The position numbers were made by a program, and so were the translations under genes. A model generated the notes under the pieces. It worked only from the letters and a program-made list of their open reading frames with translations. It searched no databases and was not told where the DNA came from. Below, in pieces: positions 18,320-27,681 of a stretch of DNA of 64,000 bases. Every line of letters starts with the position of its first letter. Positions within the stretch are counted from its first letter, which is position 1. Origin of the DNA: Deltaproteobacteria bacterium (GTDB taxonomy: Bacteria > Desulfobacterota > GWC2-55-46); NCBI GenBank assembly GCA_016182655.1, contig JACPGB010000024.1, positions 30,549-94,548 on the forward strand. The letters are read 5' to 3'.

Positions 18320-18440
18320 ATCAAGACCATACCGAAGTGCACAAGACATTTTTGCGCGCTCGCCTCGCCCTCCATTAGGCGCTCTCCGCCATGCGCCCGT
18401 GTGTTTGTTAAAACAGGACTAAAAAACTTTTTTGTTCCTC
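18319..18440. repeat. Internally deleted copy of the left arm of the 60589-61180 palindrome
   Basis: 18377-18399 is identical to 60854-60876 (23 nt); 18349-18361 is identical to 60646-60658. Confidence 0.8.
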
Positions 18441-18458
18441 AACTCTTCGAATTTGAAT

Positions 18459-19550
18459 ATGGCCAGCTCAGAACACAAATCAGCAAAAAAATATCAAAGG
18501 GTCTACGAGCTCGACCTCCTCCGCCTCTTTGCCGCGGCCTCGGTCATGCTCTACCATTATACATTCAGGGGCTTCGCCGCGGACAGCATGAGCGTCCTTG
18601 CGTTTCCCGCGCTCGGCGAGGTCTTCAGGTATGGATATCTCGGGGTCGGACTCTTTTTCATGATAAGCGGGTTCGTAATAATCCATACGCTTGAAGGGAA
18701 GGACGCCCGCTCTCTCATAGCCTCGCGCGCCGCGCGCCTCTATCCGGCGTACTGGGCTGGGGTCACTCTCACGGCCGTTGTAACGGTCCTTATCGGCGGG
18801 TCCATATACAAGGTGTCCGCCGGCCAGTACCTCGCGAACCTCACTATGTTGAACGGCCTTTTCGGGGTCGAGCACATAGACGGTGTCTACTGGTCGCTCC
18901 TCGTGGAGCTTAAATTCTATTTCCTCATTTTTCTCTTGATGGTCTTCGGGCAGGCAAAAAGGATAGGGCTTTTTGTAGGCCTCTGGGCGCTCGCGGCATT
19001 CGCAATCACGGTCTACGGCTCTCCATTCCTGGTAAAGGCACTGCTCTTTCCCAAGTGGGCCCCTTACTTCATCGCGGGCGCGGCCTTCTGCCTCATGCGC
19101 CGCGAGGGGGCGGGGGCGTACTGGTTGGTTGTAGTCGCCATCGCCTATGTCACGGCGATAACGAACGAGCTGAGGAAAATCCCTTCTATCGAGCAACACT
19201 ACGGCGCGGTCTTCTCGGAGCCCGCCATAATCGCCGTTGTCACATCCTTCTTCTTGATATTCACGGCTATCGCGCTTCGAAAGTCTTCGTGGGCTGGCGC
19301 AAAGGGGCTCGTAAAGCTCGGCGCTCTCACCTATCCGCTCTACCTCATACACGAGAACATCGGATTCATGGCGTTTAACGCCCTCGCCCCGTACCTGAAT
19401 AAATATATCATCCTCGCCTCGGCCATCGCGGTCATGTGGCTTGCGGCCTATCTTACAAACAGGTATGTGGAGGAGCGGCTCGGAGGGCGTTTGAAGCGCG
19501 CCGTCGTATCTGTCCTTTCGGTCGGGAGGAGAACGGCGGCGAGGGACTGA
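18459..19550 (+). CDS. Acyltransferase-3 family (OafA/YrhL-like) membrane O-acyltransferase
   Basis: LDLLR, GVGLFFMISGFVI, RAARLYPAYW, YWSLLVELKFY, TYPLYLIH. Confidence 0.92.
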   Translation: MASSEHKSAKKYQRVYELDLLRLFAAASVMLYHYTFRGFAADSMSVLAFPALGEVFRYGYLGVGLFFMISGFVIIHTLEGKDARSLIASRAARLYPAYWAGVTLTAVVTVLIGGSIYKVSAGQYLANLTMLNGLFGVEHIDGVYWSLLVELKFYFLIFLLMVFGQAKRIGLFVGLWALAAFAITVYGSPFLVKALLFPKWAPYFIAGAAFCLMRREGAGAYWLVVVAIAYVTAITNELRKIPSIEQHYGAVFSEPAIIAVVTSFFLIFTAIALRKSSWAGAKGLVKLGALTYPLYLIHENIGFMAFNALAPYLNKYIILASAIAVMWLAAYLTNRYVEERLGGRLKRAVVSVLSVGRRTAARD

Positions 19551-19559
19551 GGGATTCTT

Positions 19560-19590
19560 GTAGGTTGGGTTAGCGAAGCGTAACCCAACA
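19560..19590 (+). repeat. GTAG-type REP
   Basis: GTAG-GTTGGGTTA-GCGAAGCG-TAACCCAAC-A. Confidence 0.8.
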
Positions 19591-19595
19591 AAACC

Positions 19596-20399
19596 CTAAA
19601 AACTATGACTGCTCTTCATGAGCATCGACACGCCAAGATACGTAAAGATCACCACGAAAAACCCTATTACCGTCGCGACCGACAACCCCTTGCCCCTCCA
19701 CTCCTTGAGGTAATACGCGTGCATCGCCCCGGCGTAGTAGACCCAGACGATGAACGACCAGATTATCTTCGGCTCCCACATCCAGTAGGTCCCCCAGGCA
19801 AGATAACCCCAGACGGCCCCTGAGAACATCGAGGCCGAAAAGAAGAAGAACCCCCAGAGCACGGACCTCCCGGCGATGTCCTGATATTTAAGAAGTTCGC
19901 CGTTCTCATTTCCGCGAAGGCTTGTTATGAGGTAGAGGACCGCGCCCGAGAAGGCGAGCGTAAAGAGGGCGTAGGCCGCGAAGGACGCCGTCACGTGTAT
20001 CTCGAACCAGCGGGTATCCAGTATCAGCGTCAACGGCCCACCCGGCTTTTCGTTCACGAGCGCGAAGACGATGGCGAGGACGGCTATGGGGACGGTTATG
20101 AGCTCGGTCGTCCTCTCCTTGTACCTGTACGCGACGATGAGGCTCGTAACGACCGTCGTCCACGAGAAGAAGACGAGCGTTTCGTACATCGAGGCCATTG
20201 GCGCGTGTCCGGTCGAATAGATGCGCTCGATGAGCGCAAACGAGTGGACAACGAGGCCTATTGTAAGGAGTAGGCGCGAGATTTTTTCGAGATTGGACTT
20301 TCCGGAGAGGTTATATATTGCGGCTGTTATGAACGACAGCACATAAACTGCGATAGACGCGAACAGAAACGGCTTCAACGGATTACCTACCCCTCTCAT
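19596..20399 (-). CDS. ccsA: Cytochrome c biogenesis protein CcsA/ResC (system II)
   Basis: GHAPMASMYE, WFEIHV, WGYLAWGTYWMWEPK (WWD domain), C-terminal HSF. Confidence 0.9.
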   Translation of the reverse strand: MRGVGNPLKPFLFASIAVYVLSFITAAIYNLSGKSNLEKISRLLLTIGLVVHSFALIERIYSTGHAPMASMYETLVFFSWTTVVTSLIVAYRYKERTTELITVPIAVLAIVFALVNEKPGGPLTLILDTRWFEIHVTASFAAYALFTLAFSGAVLYLITSLRGNENGELLKYQDIAGRSVLWGFFFFSASMFSGAVWGYLAWGTYWMWEPKIIWSFIVWVYYAGAMHAYYLKEWRGKGLSVATVIGFFVVIFTYLGVSMLMKSSHSF

Positions 20400-21033
20400 C
20401 GGACCAGATGTATTTGTGGAGCTGTAGCTGAAGCCTCGCTTTGAGCCCGTCCTTCAATATCCATTCGGCGAGAAGGCCCGGGTCGAGGTCTGGCTTTATC
20501 GGCGCGAAGAGGACCTTCCCTGTCCTGTCCTCTATGTATTCATCGAGAAACTTTTTAGCGCACTCGTAGTCGTCCCTGTTGCCGACCACGAACTTGATCT
20601 CGTCCTCGGGTGTGATGAGGCTCAAGTTCTCCATCAGGAACGAGCCAGCGTGGCCGCTCGACGGGCACTTGAAATCGATTATCTTTACGGCCCTTTTATC
20701 GAGCCCGGAGAGCGCAACCGACCCGTTCGTCTCGATAAGCACGGTATTTCCGGCGTCAAGGAGCCTTCTGGCAAGCTCCTTAGTCTCTTCCTGGATGAGC
20801 GGCTCGCCGCCCGTTATCTCGATGAGCCCGCTCCTGTACAACCCGGCCTCCCTCTTGACCTCGTCGAGTATCCCGTCAATGGATATCTCGCGCGCGCCCT
20901 CGGCGGACCTCGCGTATTGCGTATCGCACCATGTGCAAGAGAGGTTGCACCCGGCGAGCCTTACGAATACGCACGGGAGTCCGGCGTAGGTGGATTCGCC
21001 CTGTATGGAGAGGAATATCTCGCTTACAAGCAT
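20383..21033 (-). CDS. queE: 7-carboxy-7-deazaguanine synthase (radical SAM)
   Basis: EIFLSIQGE, CNLSCTWCDT, ITGGEP, ETNG, QLHKYIW. Confidence 0.92.
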   Translation of the reverse strand: MLVSEIFLSIQGESTYAGLPCVFVRLAGCNLSCTWCDTQYARSAEGAREISIDGILDEVKREAGLYRSGLIEITGGEPLIQEETKELARRLLDAGNTVLIETNGSVALSGLDKRAVKIIDFKCPSSGHAGSFLMENLSLITPEDEIKFVVGNRDDYECAKKFLDEYIEDRTGKVLFAPIKPDLDPGLLAEWILKDGLKARLQLQLHKYIWSDERGR

Positions 21034-23489
21034 TACTGCTCCTTCTTCTTCTCCTCTTGCTTCGCCTTTGCCTCGGCTTCAGTCTTTTTCTTTTCAGGCC
21101 CCTTGCCGAATGCCTTGAGGGACTGCGCAAGCGAAAGGAGTCTCTTTTCCACGAGATAATTGACAGTCCCATCGGGGTACTTGCCGTCTGCGTCCTTATC
21201 GCCGATGGGTGTCGCGGACAATATCTCGAAGCCCTCGTCGACCGTCTCTATCGGGTATACGGCGAACCTCCCGGCCTCCACCGCCTCTACGACCTCGCTC
21301 TTCAACATCAGGTTCCGCACATTCCTTTTGGGTATTATGACGCCCTGTTTGCCCGTCAACCCCTTTGCCTTGCAGACCTCGAAGAACCCCTCTATCTTCT
21401 CGTTCACCCCGCCTATGGGCTGGACCTCGCCCCTCTGGTTCATCGAGCCGGTGACCGCGATTGCCTGGTCTATCGGCAGGCCGGAGAGGCTCGAAAGAAG
21501 CGCGTATGTCTCGGAGCAGGTCGCGCTGTCGCCCTCTATCTCCTCGTACAACTGCTCGAAAGTGATGGACGCCGAAAGGGTCAAGGGGAAGGTCTGCGCG
21601 TAGCGCTCGCCCAGAAAGCTCGTGAGTATCATGAGCGCCTTGTTGTGTATCCTGCCGCTCATCTTTACTTCGCGCTCTATGTTAACAACGCCCGAGTCCC
21701 CCATGAAGGTACGGGCCGTTATCCTCGAGGGCTTGCCGAAGGCGTAGTCGCCGGGGTCGAGGACGGCTATGCCGTTCACCTGGCCGACGACGGAGCCGTC
21801 GGTAGCGACCATTATCGTGTCCTGCGTGATATAGTCCCTTATCTTCTCCTCGATCTTCGAGTTCCTGTAGACGCGCTCCTTTATGGCTTTTTCCACGTGC
21901 AGGGCGTTGACCGATGCCGCCCCCTCTGACTTCGCCCAGTACCCCGCCTCGACTACCATGGACTTTATATCGTTGAACCTCGCCGAGAGCTTGTCCTTGT
22001 CGCCCGCGAGCCTGCAGCCGAACTCGACGACCCTCGCCACGGCCCCGCGCTCGAACGGGGCGACCCCGTCCTCCTTACAGCGTGTGGCCACGAAGTGCGC
22101 GTACTTTAAAATATTATCGTTCGTCTTCGGGAGCACATTGTCGAAGTCGGCCTTCACCTTGAAAAGCTTCCTGTACTCGTTGTCCATGTTGTAGAGGATG
22201 TAGTATATGAACGGGTCGCCGACGACGACGAGCTTGATGTTTACCGGTATCGGCTCGGGCTTCAATGTGGTGGACGATACCTGCCTGTACTGCTCCCACA
22301 CGTCCTCTATCCGCGCCTCCCTGTTCTTTATCATCCTTTTCAGGGAGTCGTAGACGAAGATGTTTTTCAGGATGTCGAGGGCGTTGACTATCAGGTACCC
22401 TCCGTTGGCCCTGTGCACGGAGCCCGCCTTTATCATGGTGAAGTCGGTCGTCGCCGCGCCGAACTGGACGCGGTACTCGACCCTGCCGAAGAGGTTATAG
22501 TACGTCGGGTTCGTCTCGCAGACGACGGGCGCGCCCTCGGCGTCCTTGTTGTTCACGATAAGGTTCACCTTGAACCTGTCGGAGGTCGGCTCGGCCCTCT
22601 GGATCTTGAGCCCTCCGAGGGCGAGCGGGACCTCCTCCTTGGGCCTGAAGTCGTCGACGTTCTGGAGTATGTTCTCCTTTACCTGGTAGAGGAACTCGAC
22701 GACCTTATTGAACTCCTTGAACTTGTCCAGCAGATCGTTTATGTGGGGGTTTACGACGTATTGGACGACCTCGCGGTCGAGGGCGGTTATCCTGTCCTTC
22801 GTCTCCTTCTCGATGTTGCGGGCCTCGCGGATGGCATCCGACAATTTGTCCTGGAGGACATTCAGGTCTTTTTCTATATCGGCCTTTTTGTCTGAAGGTA
22901 GCGCGTCGAACTCGTCCTGGCTCAAGGCCTTGCCGTTCTTCGCGGGCACGACCGAGAGGCCGCTTACGGATTTCTTGAGGATGAAGCCCTTCTCTATCGC
23001 CCTCTGTTCGAGCCTGAAGAATATCGCGCGCGTCCTCTCCTGCTGGCCTTCGATTATCTCGTCCCTGTGCTTCTCGTAGTCCTTGGACTCGAAGACCTTG
23101 GGTATGTCGCGCCGGAGAGCCTCGACGAGCTCGTCCATGTCGGTTGAGAGCTCCGAGCCCCTGCCCGGCGGGAGTGAGAGCGCCTTTGGAGAATCCGGCT
23201 CCGAGAAGTTGAATACATAGCAGTAGTCGTCAGGCACCGGCTCGGCCTTGGCCTTCTTCTCGACGAGCTCCTTTACGGTCGTGTTCTTCCCCGTGCCGGA
23301 CTCGCCGAGGACGAATATGTTGTAGTTGTGATTTACGACCCCGAGCCCGAACTCCAGGGATTTAAGCGCCCTCTCCTGTCCGATCATCTCCTTGAGCGAA
23401 GGGAGCTCGTCGGTAGTGGCGAAGGAAAAGACCCCGTCATCGCACTTCCAGCTGAGATCGGACGGCGGCAAAGGACTCACTCTCGGCAT
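21033..23489 (-). CDS. Lon-family (LonB/LonC-type) protease, AAA + S16 domain
   Basis: GQERAL, GESGTGKN, IEGDSA (catalytic Ser), IGGVNEKIEGFF (catalytic Lys). Confidence 0.9.
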   Translation of the reverse strand: MPRVSPLPPSDLSWKCDDGVFSFATTDELPSLKEMIGQERALKSLEFGLGVVNHNYNIFVLGESGTGKNTTVKELVEKKAKAEPVPDDYCYVFNFSEPDSPKALSLPPGRGSELSTDMDELVEALRRDIPKVFESKDYEKHRDEIIEGQQERTRAIFFRLEQRAIEKGFILKKSVSGLSVVPAKNGKALSQDEFDALPSDKKADIEKDLNVLQDKLSDAIREARNIEKETKDRITALDREVVQYVVNPHINDLLDKFKEFNKVVEFLYQVKENILQNVDDFRPKEEVPLALGGLKIQRAEPTSDRFKVNLIVNNKDAEGAPVVCETNPTYYNLFGRVEYRVQFGAATTDFTMIKAGSVHRANGGYLIVNALDILKNIFVYDSLKRMIKNREARIEDVWEQYRQVSSTTLKPEPIPVNIKLVVVGDPFIYYILYNMDNEYRKLFKVKADFDNVLPKTNDNILKYAHFVATRCKEDGVAPFERGAVARVVEFGCRLAGDKDKLSARFNDIKSMVVEAGYWAKSEGAASVNALHVEKAIKERVYRNSKIEEKIRDYITQDTIMVATDGSVVGQVNGIAVLDPGDYAFGKPSRITARTFMGDSGVVNIEREVKMSGRIHNKALMILTSFLGERYAQTFPLTLSASITFEQLYEEIEGDSATCSETYALLSSLSGLPIDQAIAVTGSMNQRGEVQPIGGVNEKIEGFFEVCKAKGLTGKQGVIIPKRNVRNLMLKSEVVEAVEAGRFAVYPIETVDEGFEILSATPIGDKDADGKYPDGTVNYLVEKRLLSLAQSLKAFGKGPEKKKTEAEAKAKQEEKKKEQ

Positions 23490-23580
23490 ATTACCCCCTG
23501 GACAGGAATTTGGCGGAAAAGGCCTTCTGACCCGTTATTCCATTATACACGATACCCGGCCTTTGTGTCCGGGCCGTTAC

Positions 23581-24546
23581 TCAGTGGAGGTGGTCCCGGT
23601 GGTTGTGGCCCCGCTCCTTGTGCGCGATCTTGCCGAAGATGTCGTTGTTGTCGCACCCGGAGCACTCGGCCTGGAGGGTAGTATAGAAAATATGGTGGGA
23701 CTCGGCAAGCCTTTCGTTGACCTCGTTGAATATCTCGCCCATCCGCCACCTCTCGGTAGGCACGATGTCGAGGTGGGCGCTCAAAGCGTAGACATTGTGG
23801 CATATCGACCAGATGTGGAGGTTGTGGACGCTCGAGATGCCCTTCGAGGACTTTATGTCCTCCACGACCCTGTTGAGATCAATGTCCTTGGGCACGCCTT
23901 CGAGCAAGATGTGGGAGGAGTCCTTCATTATCTGGTACGCGCCCGAGATGATGATGAGGCCTATGACGACGCTTATCAACGGGTCTGCCATGAACCATCC
24001 GGTGTAATGGATGATGACCGCGCCTATGATGACGCCGACAGAGGCCGCGGCGTCGCCGACGACATGCATGAACGCGCTCTTGATGTTCATGTCGCTTGCG
24101 GCGTAGTGCTTGAGCCAGAGGGCGACCAGGAGGTTCACGACAAGGCCGATTACCGCGACTATCACCATCCCGGTGCTCTCTACCGGCGAGGGCGTTAGGA
24201 GCCTTTTATATGCCTCGTAGAATATGAAGATTGTGAGGACGAAGAGGACGGAACTGTTTATGAACGAGACGAATACCTCGACCCTGTGGAGGCCGTAGGT
24301 CCTTTTTTCGGTGGGCGGCATCTCGGAGATGTATATGGCGAACCAGCTTAAGGAGAGCGCGAAGACATCCATGAAGACATGGGCCGCGTCCGACATGAGC
24401 GCAAGGCTGTTCGTAAGATAGCCGCCGACGAGCTCGGCTATGAATATGATGCCTGTGAGCGCGACAGAGAGCTTGAGCCTCGCCTTCAGGGCCCGGTCTA
24501 TGTCATGATGCTCGTGGGGACGGTGGTCTTCGTGCCTACTTTCCAT
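23581..24546 (-). CDS. Cation diffusion facilitator (CzcD/ZitB-like)
   Basis: SLALMSDAAHVFMD, AFMHVVGD, His-rich termini. Confidence 0.93.
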   Translation of the reverse strand: MESRHEDHRPHEHHDIDRALKARLKLSVALTGIIFIAELVGGYLTNSLALMSDAAHVFMDVFALSLSWFAIYISEMPPTEKRTYGLHRVEVFVSFINSSVLFVLTIFIFYEAYKRLLTPSPVESTGMVIVAVIGLVVNLLVALWLKHYAASDMNIKSAFMHVVGDAAASVGVIIGAVIIHYTGWFMADPLISVVIGLIIISGAYQIMKDSSHILLEGVPKDIDLNRVVEDIKSSKGISSVHNLHIWSICHNVYALSAHLDIVPTERWRMGEIFNEVNERLAESHHIFYTTLQAECSGCDNNDIFGKIAHKERGHNHRDHLH

Positions 24547-24559
24547 GCCTATTCCATTA

Positions 24560-24692
24560 ACCTCTAAAAATTAGGAATTTTTTCTGAGGTCAAGGAAGGG
24601 CGGAAATAAAAAGCGGAGCATATATGTGTTATATGTGAGCATTTTTATTTCCGGCCTGACGCAGAGATCAGGAAAAATAACAATTTTTAGAG
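24560..24692. repeat. Family A element copy 2 (inverted relative to copy 1)
   Basis: ACCTCTAAAAATT...AATTTTTAGAG with the same internal arms. Confidence 0.9.
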
Positions 24693-24706
24693 TGCAACCT
24701 TCTGAT

Positions 24707-25801
24707 TTATCTATTGATTACCCAAATATTCTCTCTCTTTAATGATACCCTTATAACCCTCCCTATGGCAAGCGATAACTTCCTTACTACGAAGTTCGGG
24801 AGCTCCACCTTAAGGAGCGTGTCACCGCTTCCGACCTTCAAAAATAGCGACTGCGTCGAGCCCTTGCCTGTCGCCGAGATTATCTCGCCCTCGATGATAT
24901 TGTCCTGGACCCTGCTGTCAAGGACCTTGTCCGGCCTTATGACGAGTATCTCCTCGGGCCTTATGCAGAAGGATACCTCGGCCCCTATGTGAAGCCCGCT
25001 CCCCTCAGGCACGAAGGCCTTTATGACCCCCAGGTCCGCATTTGTGATGACGACCTGCCCGTCCCCGAGTCCGGCGACGGTACCGGTGAATATGTTCCTC
25101 GTCCCGATGAACCGCGCCACATCCCTTGTCGCCGGCCTGTAGAATACGTCCTCGCGGAGGCCCGCCTGCTCTATACGCCCGTTATTGACGACCGCGATGC
25201 GCCTGCCGAGCATGAACGCCTCCTCGAGGTCGTGCGTGACGAGTATGGTGGTTATTGGATATGCGTCGTGTATGCGGAGGAGGTCTGCCCTGAGCTTTTC
25301 CCTCACCTGATAGTCGAGCGCCGAGAAGGGCTCATCGAGCAGGAGCACCCTCGGCTCGGAGGCGAGCGTGCGGGCAAGGGCGCACCTCTGCTTCTGGCCG
25401 CCTGACAATTCGCGCGGGTATCTCGATTCGAGCCCCGTCAGGCGCGTGAGCGCAATGAGCTCCCTTACCTTTGCGTCCCTTCCGCCCTGTTTCGCGTTAA
25501 CGCCGTAGGCGATGTTCTCAAAGACAGTCATGTGCGGGAAAAGGGCGTAGTCCTGGAAGAGGTAGCCTATCTTTCTATCCCGTATAGGCGTCTCTATGCC
25601 GGAGGCGGAGTCGAAGACCTTTTCAGACCCTATCGTCACGCTCCCCTCGTCAGGCCGGACGATACCGGATATCATTTTTAATATGAGAGTCTTGCCCGCG
25701 CCCGAGGGGCCGAAGAGGACGAGGAGGTCTTCGTTTAACGAGAGAGAGACGTCTATCCGGAACTCCCCGTAGGACTTTTTTATATTGAACGCGAGGTCCA
25801 T
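24707..25801 (-). CDS. modC: Molybdate ABC transporter ATPase
   Basis: GPSGAGKT, LSGGQKQR, LLLDEPF, TOBE-like C-terminus. Confidence 0.88.
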   Translation of the reverse strand: MDLAFNIKKSYGEFRIDVSLSLNEDLLVLFGPSGAGKTLILKMISGIVRPDEGSVTIGSEKVFDSASGIETPIRDRKIGYLFQDYALFPHMTVFENIAYGVNAKQGGRDAKVRELIALTRLTGLESRYPRELSGGQKQRCALARTLASEPRVLLLDEPFSALDYQVREKLRADLLRIHDAYPITTILVTHDLEEAFMLGRRIAVVNNGRIEQAGLREDVFYRPATRDVARFIGTRNIFTGTVAGLGDGQVVITNADLGVIKAFVPEGSGLHIGAEVSFCIRPEEILVIRPDKVLDSRVQDNIIEGEIISATGKGSTQSLFLKVGSGDTLLKVELPNFVVRKLSLAIGRVIRVSLKRENIWVINR

Positions 25802-25802
25802 C

Positions 25803-26459
25803 TCAGAACCTTCCCTTCGTGAACCTTCCGGCGATATAGAGGACGATAAATGAAAAGAGCGTTATGACGCCGACGAGTATGTTCGCCGAGTGCGCGTCTC
25901 CTGCCTGCACGGCGTCATAAATGGCGATAGGCAAGGTCTGCGTGAGGCCCGGGATGTTACCGGCGACCATTAGGGTCGCCCCGAACTCTCCGGTAGCTCG
26001 CGCGAAGGCCATGACAGCCCCGGCCGCTATACCCCTCCACGCGAGCGGGAGCGTTATATCCTTTATGACCTGCAGCTCGGTCTTGCCGAGGAGCCGCGCC
26101 GCGTCCTCAAGCTCGGACCCTACGCCTTCGAGCGCGGCGCGCGCGGGCTTCACAAATAGCGGAAGCGACGAGATGAACGAGGCTATGACAGCCCCCTTCC
26201 ATGTAAAGACTATCTGTAGCCCGAAGGCGTCTTCGAGGAACCTCCCTAAAAAGCTCGACCTCCCGAATGCCCCCAAAAGGTAATAGCCGAGCACCGTCGG
26301 AGGTATGACGAGCGGCTGCATGATGACTATGTCGAGGACCGCCTTTCCGAAAAACTCCCTTTTGGCCATGACCCAGGCGATAACGAGCCCGAAGGCGACG
26401 GTAAAGACCGTCGCCGCGAAGGAGACCTTGATGGTGAGGTATAGGGGGAAGAGGTCCAT
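25803..26459 (-). CDS. modB: Molybdate ABC transporter permease
   Basis: PLVIPPTVLGYYLL, FARATGEFGAT..GNIPG.TQTLP. Confidence 0.93.
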   Translation of the reverse strand: MDLFPLYLTIKVSFAATVFTVAFGLVIAWVMAKREFFGKAVLDIVIMQPLVIPPTVLGYYLLGAFGRSSFLGRFLEDAFGLQIVFTWKGAVIASFISSLPLFVKPARAALEGVGSELEDAARLLGKTELQVIKDITLPLAWRGIAAGAVMAFARATGEFGATLMVAGNIPGLTQTLPIAIYDAVQAGDAHSANILVGVITLFSFIVLYIAGRFTKGRF

Positions 26460-26460
26460 T

Positions 26461-26718
26461 ATGTACCACTACCGCCTGGAAGGCGGCAGGTTCAAAGTTT
26501 TTGGTCGGCTGAAGGCCCGACCGAGAGTCTAATCATTCAATCGAGGCTCATTGACCCCTCACCCTACCCTCTCCCACAGGGGGAGAGGGAACTACTATAA
26601 ATATCCCCTCCCTTGATGGGAGGGGAGAAAGGGGAGGGTGATGCCTTTTAATCACTCAACACGCACTGGAAGTTTTCGCCTGAAAGGCGAGGGATTTTAT
26701 ACCCCATTGTGAGACATT
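26461..26718. mobile_element. IS200/IS605-like end remnant with a nested REP doublet (26555-26641)
   Basis: Subterminal hairpins with CTG(G/A)AAG-type loops (ACCGCC-tggaa-GGCGG; GGTCGG..CCGACC; TTCGCC-tgaaa-GGCGAG); separates modA from modB. Family assignment is from recall. Confidence 0.5.
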
Positions 26719-27460
26719 AAGGCAGCGCGAAGCCGTATTTTTTAAGCAGTGCGGAACCCTTCGAGCCCCTCAAGTACGCGATGAACTTCAAAGCCTCTTC
26801 CTTGTTGGGCGACGCGCTCACTATGCCGAGCGCCTGGCTTATGGGCTTGTGGAGGGCTTCGTCTATAGGCTCGAACCTGATGCCCGGCGTACCTGCTATC
26901 GACAAGGCGATCATACCCGCGTCCGCGTTCCCGGACTCCACGAACTGCAACGCCTGCCTGATGTTCTCGCCGAATACGAGCTTCGGTTTCACCGCCTCCC
27001 ATATCCCGGCGGACCTGAGGGCCTCCTCGGCGGCCCTGCCGTAAGGCGCATGCGCGGGGTTGGCGATGGCTATCTTTTTGATCCCCGGCCCGGCGAGGTC
27101 CTCGATGGAAGGGACCTTCGCGCCGTCCTTCACGGCCACGACGATACGCCCCCTTGCGTAGACCTCTATGGAGTCCTTGTCCACGCTCTCGATGTCCCTG
27201 AGCTTCTCCATGTACCTTGAATCCGCGGCAAGGAATATATCGAAAGGCGCGCCCTCGGCTATCTGCCGGGCAAGGAGGCCCGTTGAGCCGAACGAGATGA
27301 CGGGCTTTACTCCAGTCTCCTTCTCGTACCCAACGGCTATCTCCTTTAGCGCGTAGGAGAGGTCAGAGGCCGCGGCAATGGAAACCGCGCCCCCCTTGCC
27401 GAAGGCGTCGGCCGGTACGAAAAACAGGAGGAGCGCAATCAAAGAAATCAGAATACGCAT
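26717..27460 (-). CDS. modA: Molybdate ABC transporter substrate-binding protein
   Basis: Start MRILISL (SD AAGGA); AAASDL, FGSTG.LARQI..GAPFD, ANPAHAPYG. Confidence 0.92.
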   Translation of the reverse strand: MRILISLIALLLFFVPADAFGKGGAVSIAAASDLSYALKEIAVGYEKETGVKPVISFGSTGLLARQIAEGAPFDIFLAADSRYMEKLRDIESVDKDSIEVYARGRIVVAVKDGAKVPSIEDLAGPGIKKIAIANPAHAPYGRAAEEALRSAGIWEAVKPKLVFGENIRQALQFVESGNADAGMIALSIAGTPGIRFEPIDEALHKPISQALGIVSASPNKEEALKFIAYLRGSKGSALLKKYGFALP

Positions 27461-27477
27461 GCAGGTCCTTTTAAGGC

Positions 27478-27505
27478 AAAAAAAAAGCCAACCTGGAAGG
27501 TTGGC
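27478..27505 (-). terminator. Expression-platform terminator of the Moco riboswitch
   Basis: GCCAACC-ttcca-GGTTGGC + T9; CCTTCCAGG can alternatively pair with aptamer CCTGGAAAGG. Confidence 0.85.
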
Positions 27506-27521
27506 GACGCAAAGCGACCGC

Positions 27522-27628
27522 CATCTCCTTTCCAGGCACGGGAGGCGCTGGCCGTTTCCAGCCAGGCCCTGATCGGCCAATACGCCTTAGGTCTTTAAAA
27601 ACCGTTAGGCCTTATCGGCTCGGAGATG
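27522..27628 (-). promoter_or_regulatory. Moco/Tuco RNA motif riboswitch
   Basis: CTCCGAG..CCTAA..AGGG..GGAAAC..GCCTCCCGT..TGGAAAGGAG upstream of modA. Confidence 0.88.
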
Positions 27629-27681
27629 TCAGATGTTATCTTTTTGAAAGGGTACCACGCCTACGGAGCCGAGTCAACCTC

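Noticed and set aside
27461-27580. N-terminal extension of modA given by the ORF track
   Set aside because: Overlaps the Moco riboswitch and terminator; similar over-extensions were trimmed for creatininase, cbiL, cbiQ, cbiX-C, 45321, 50356 and 58824
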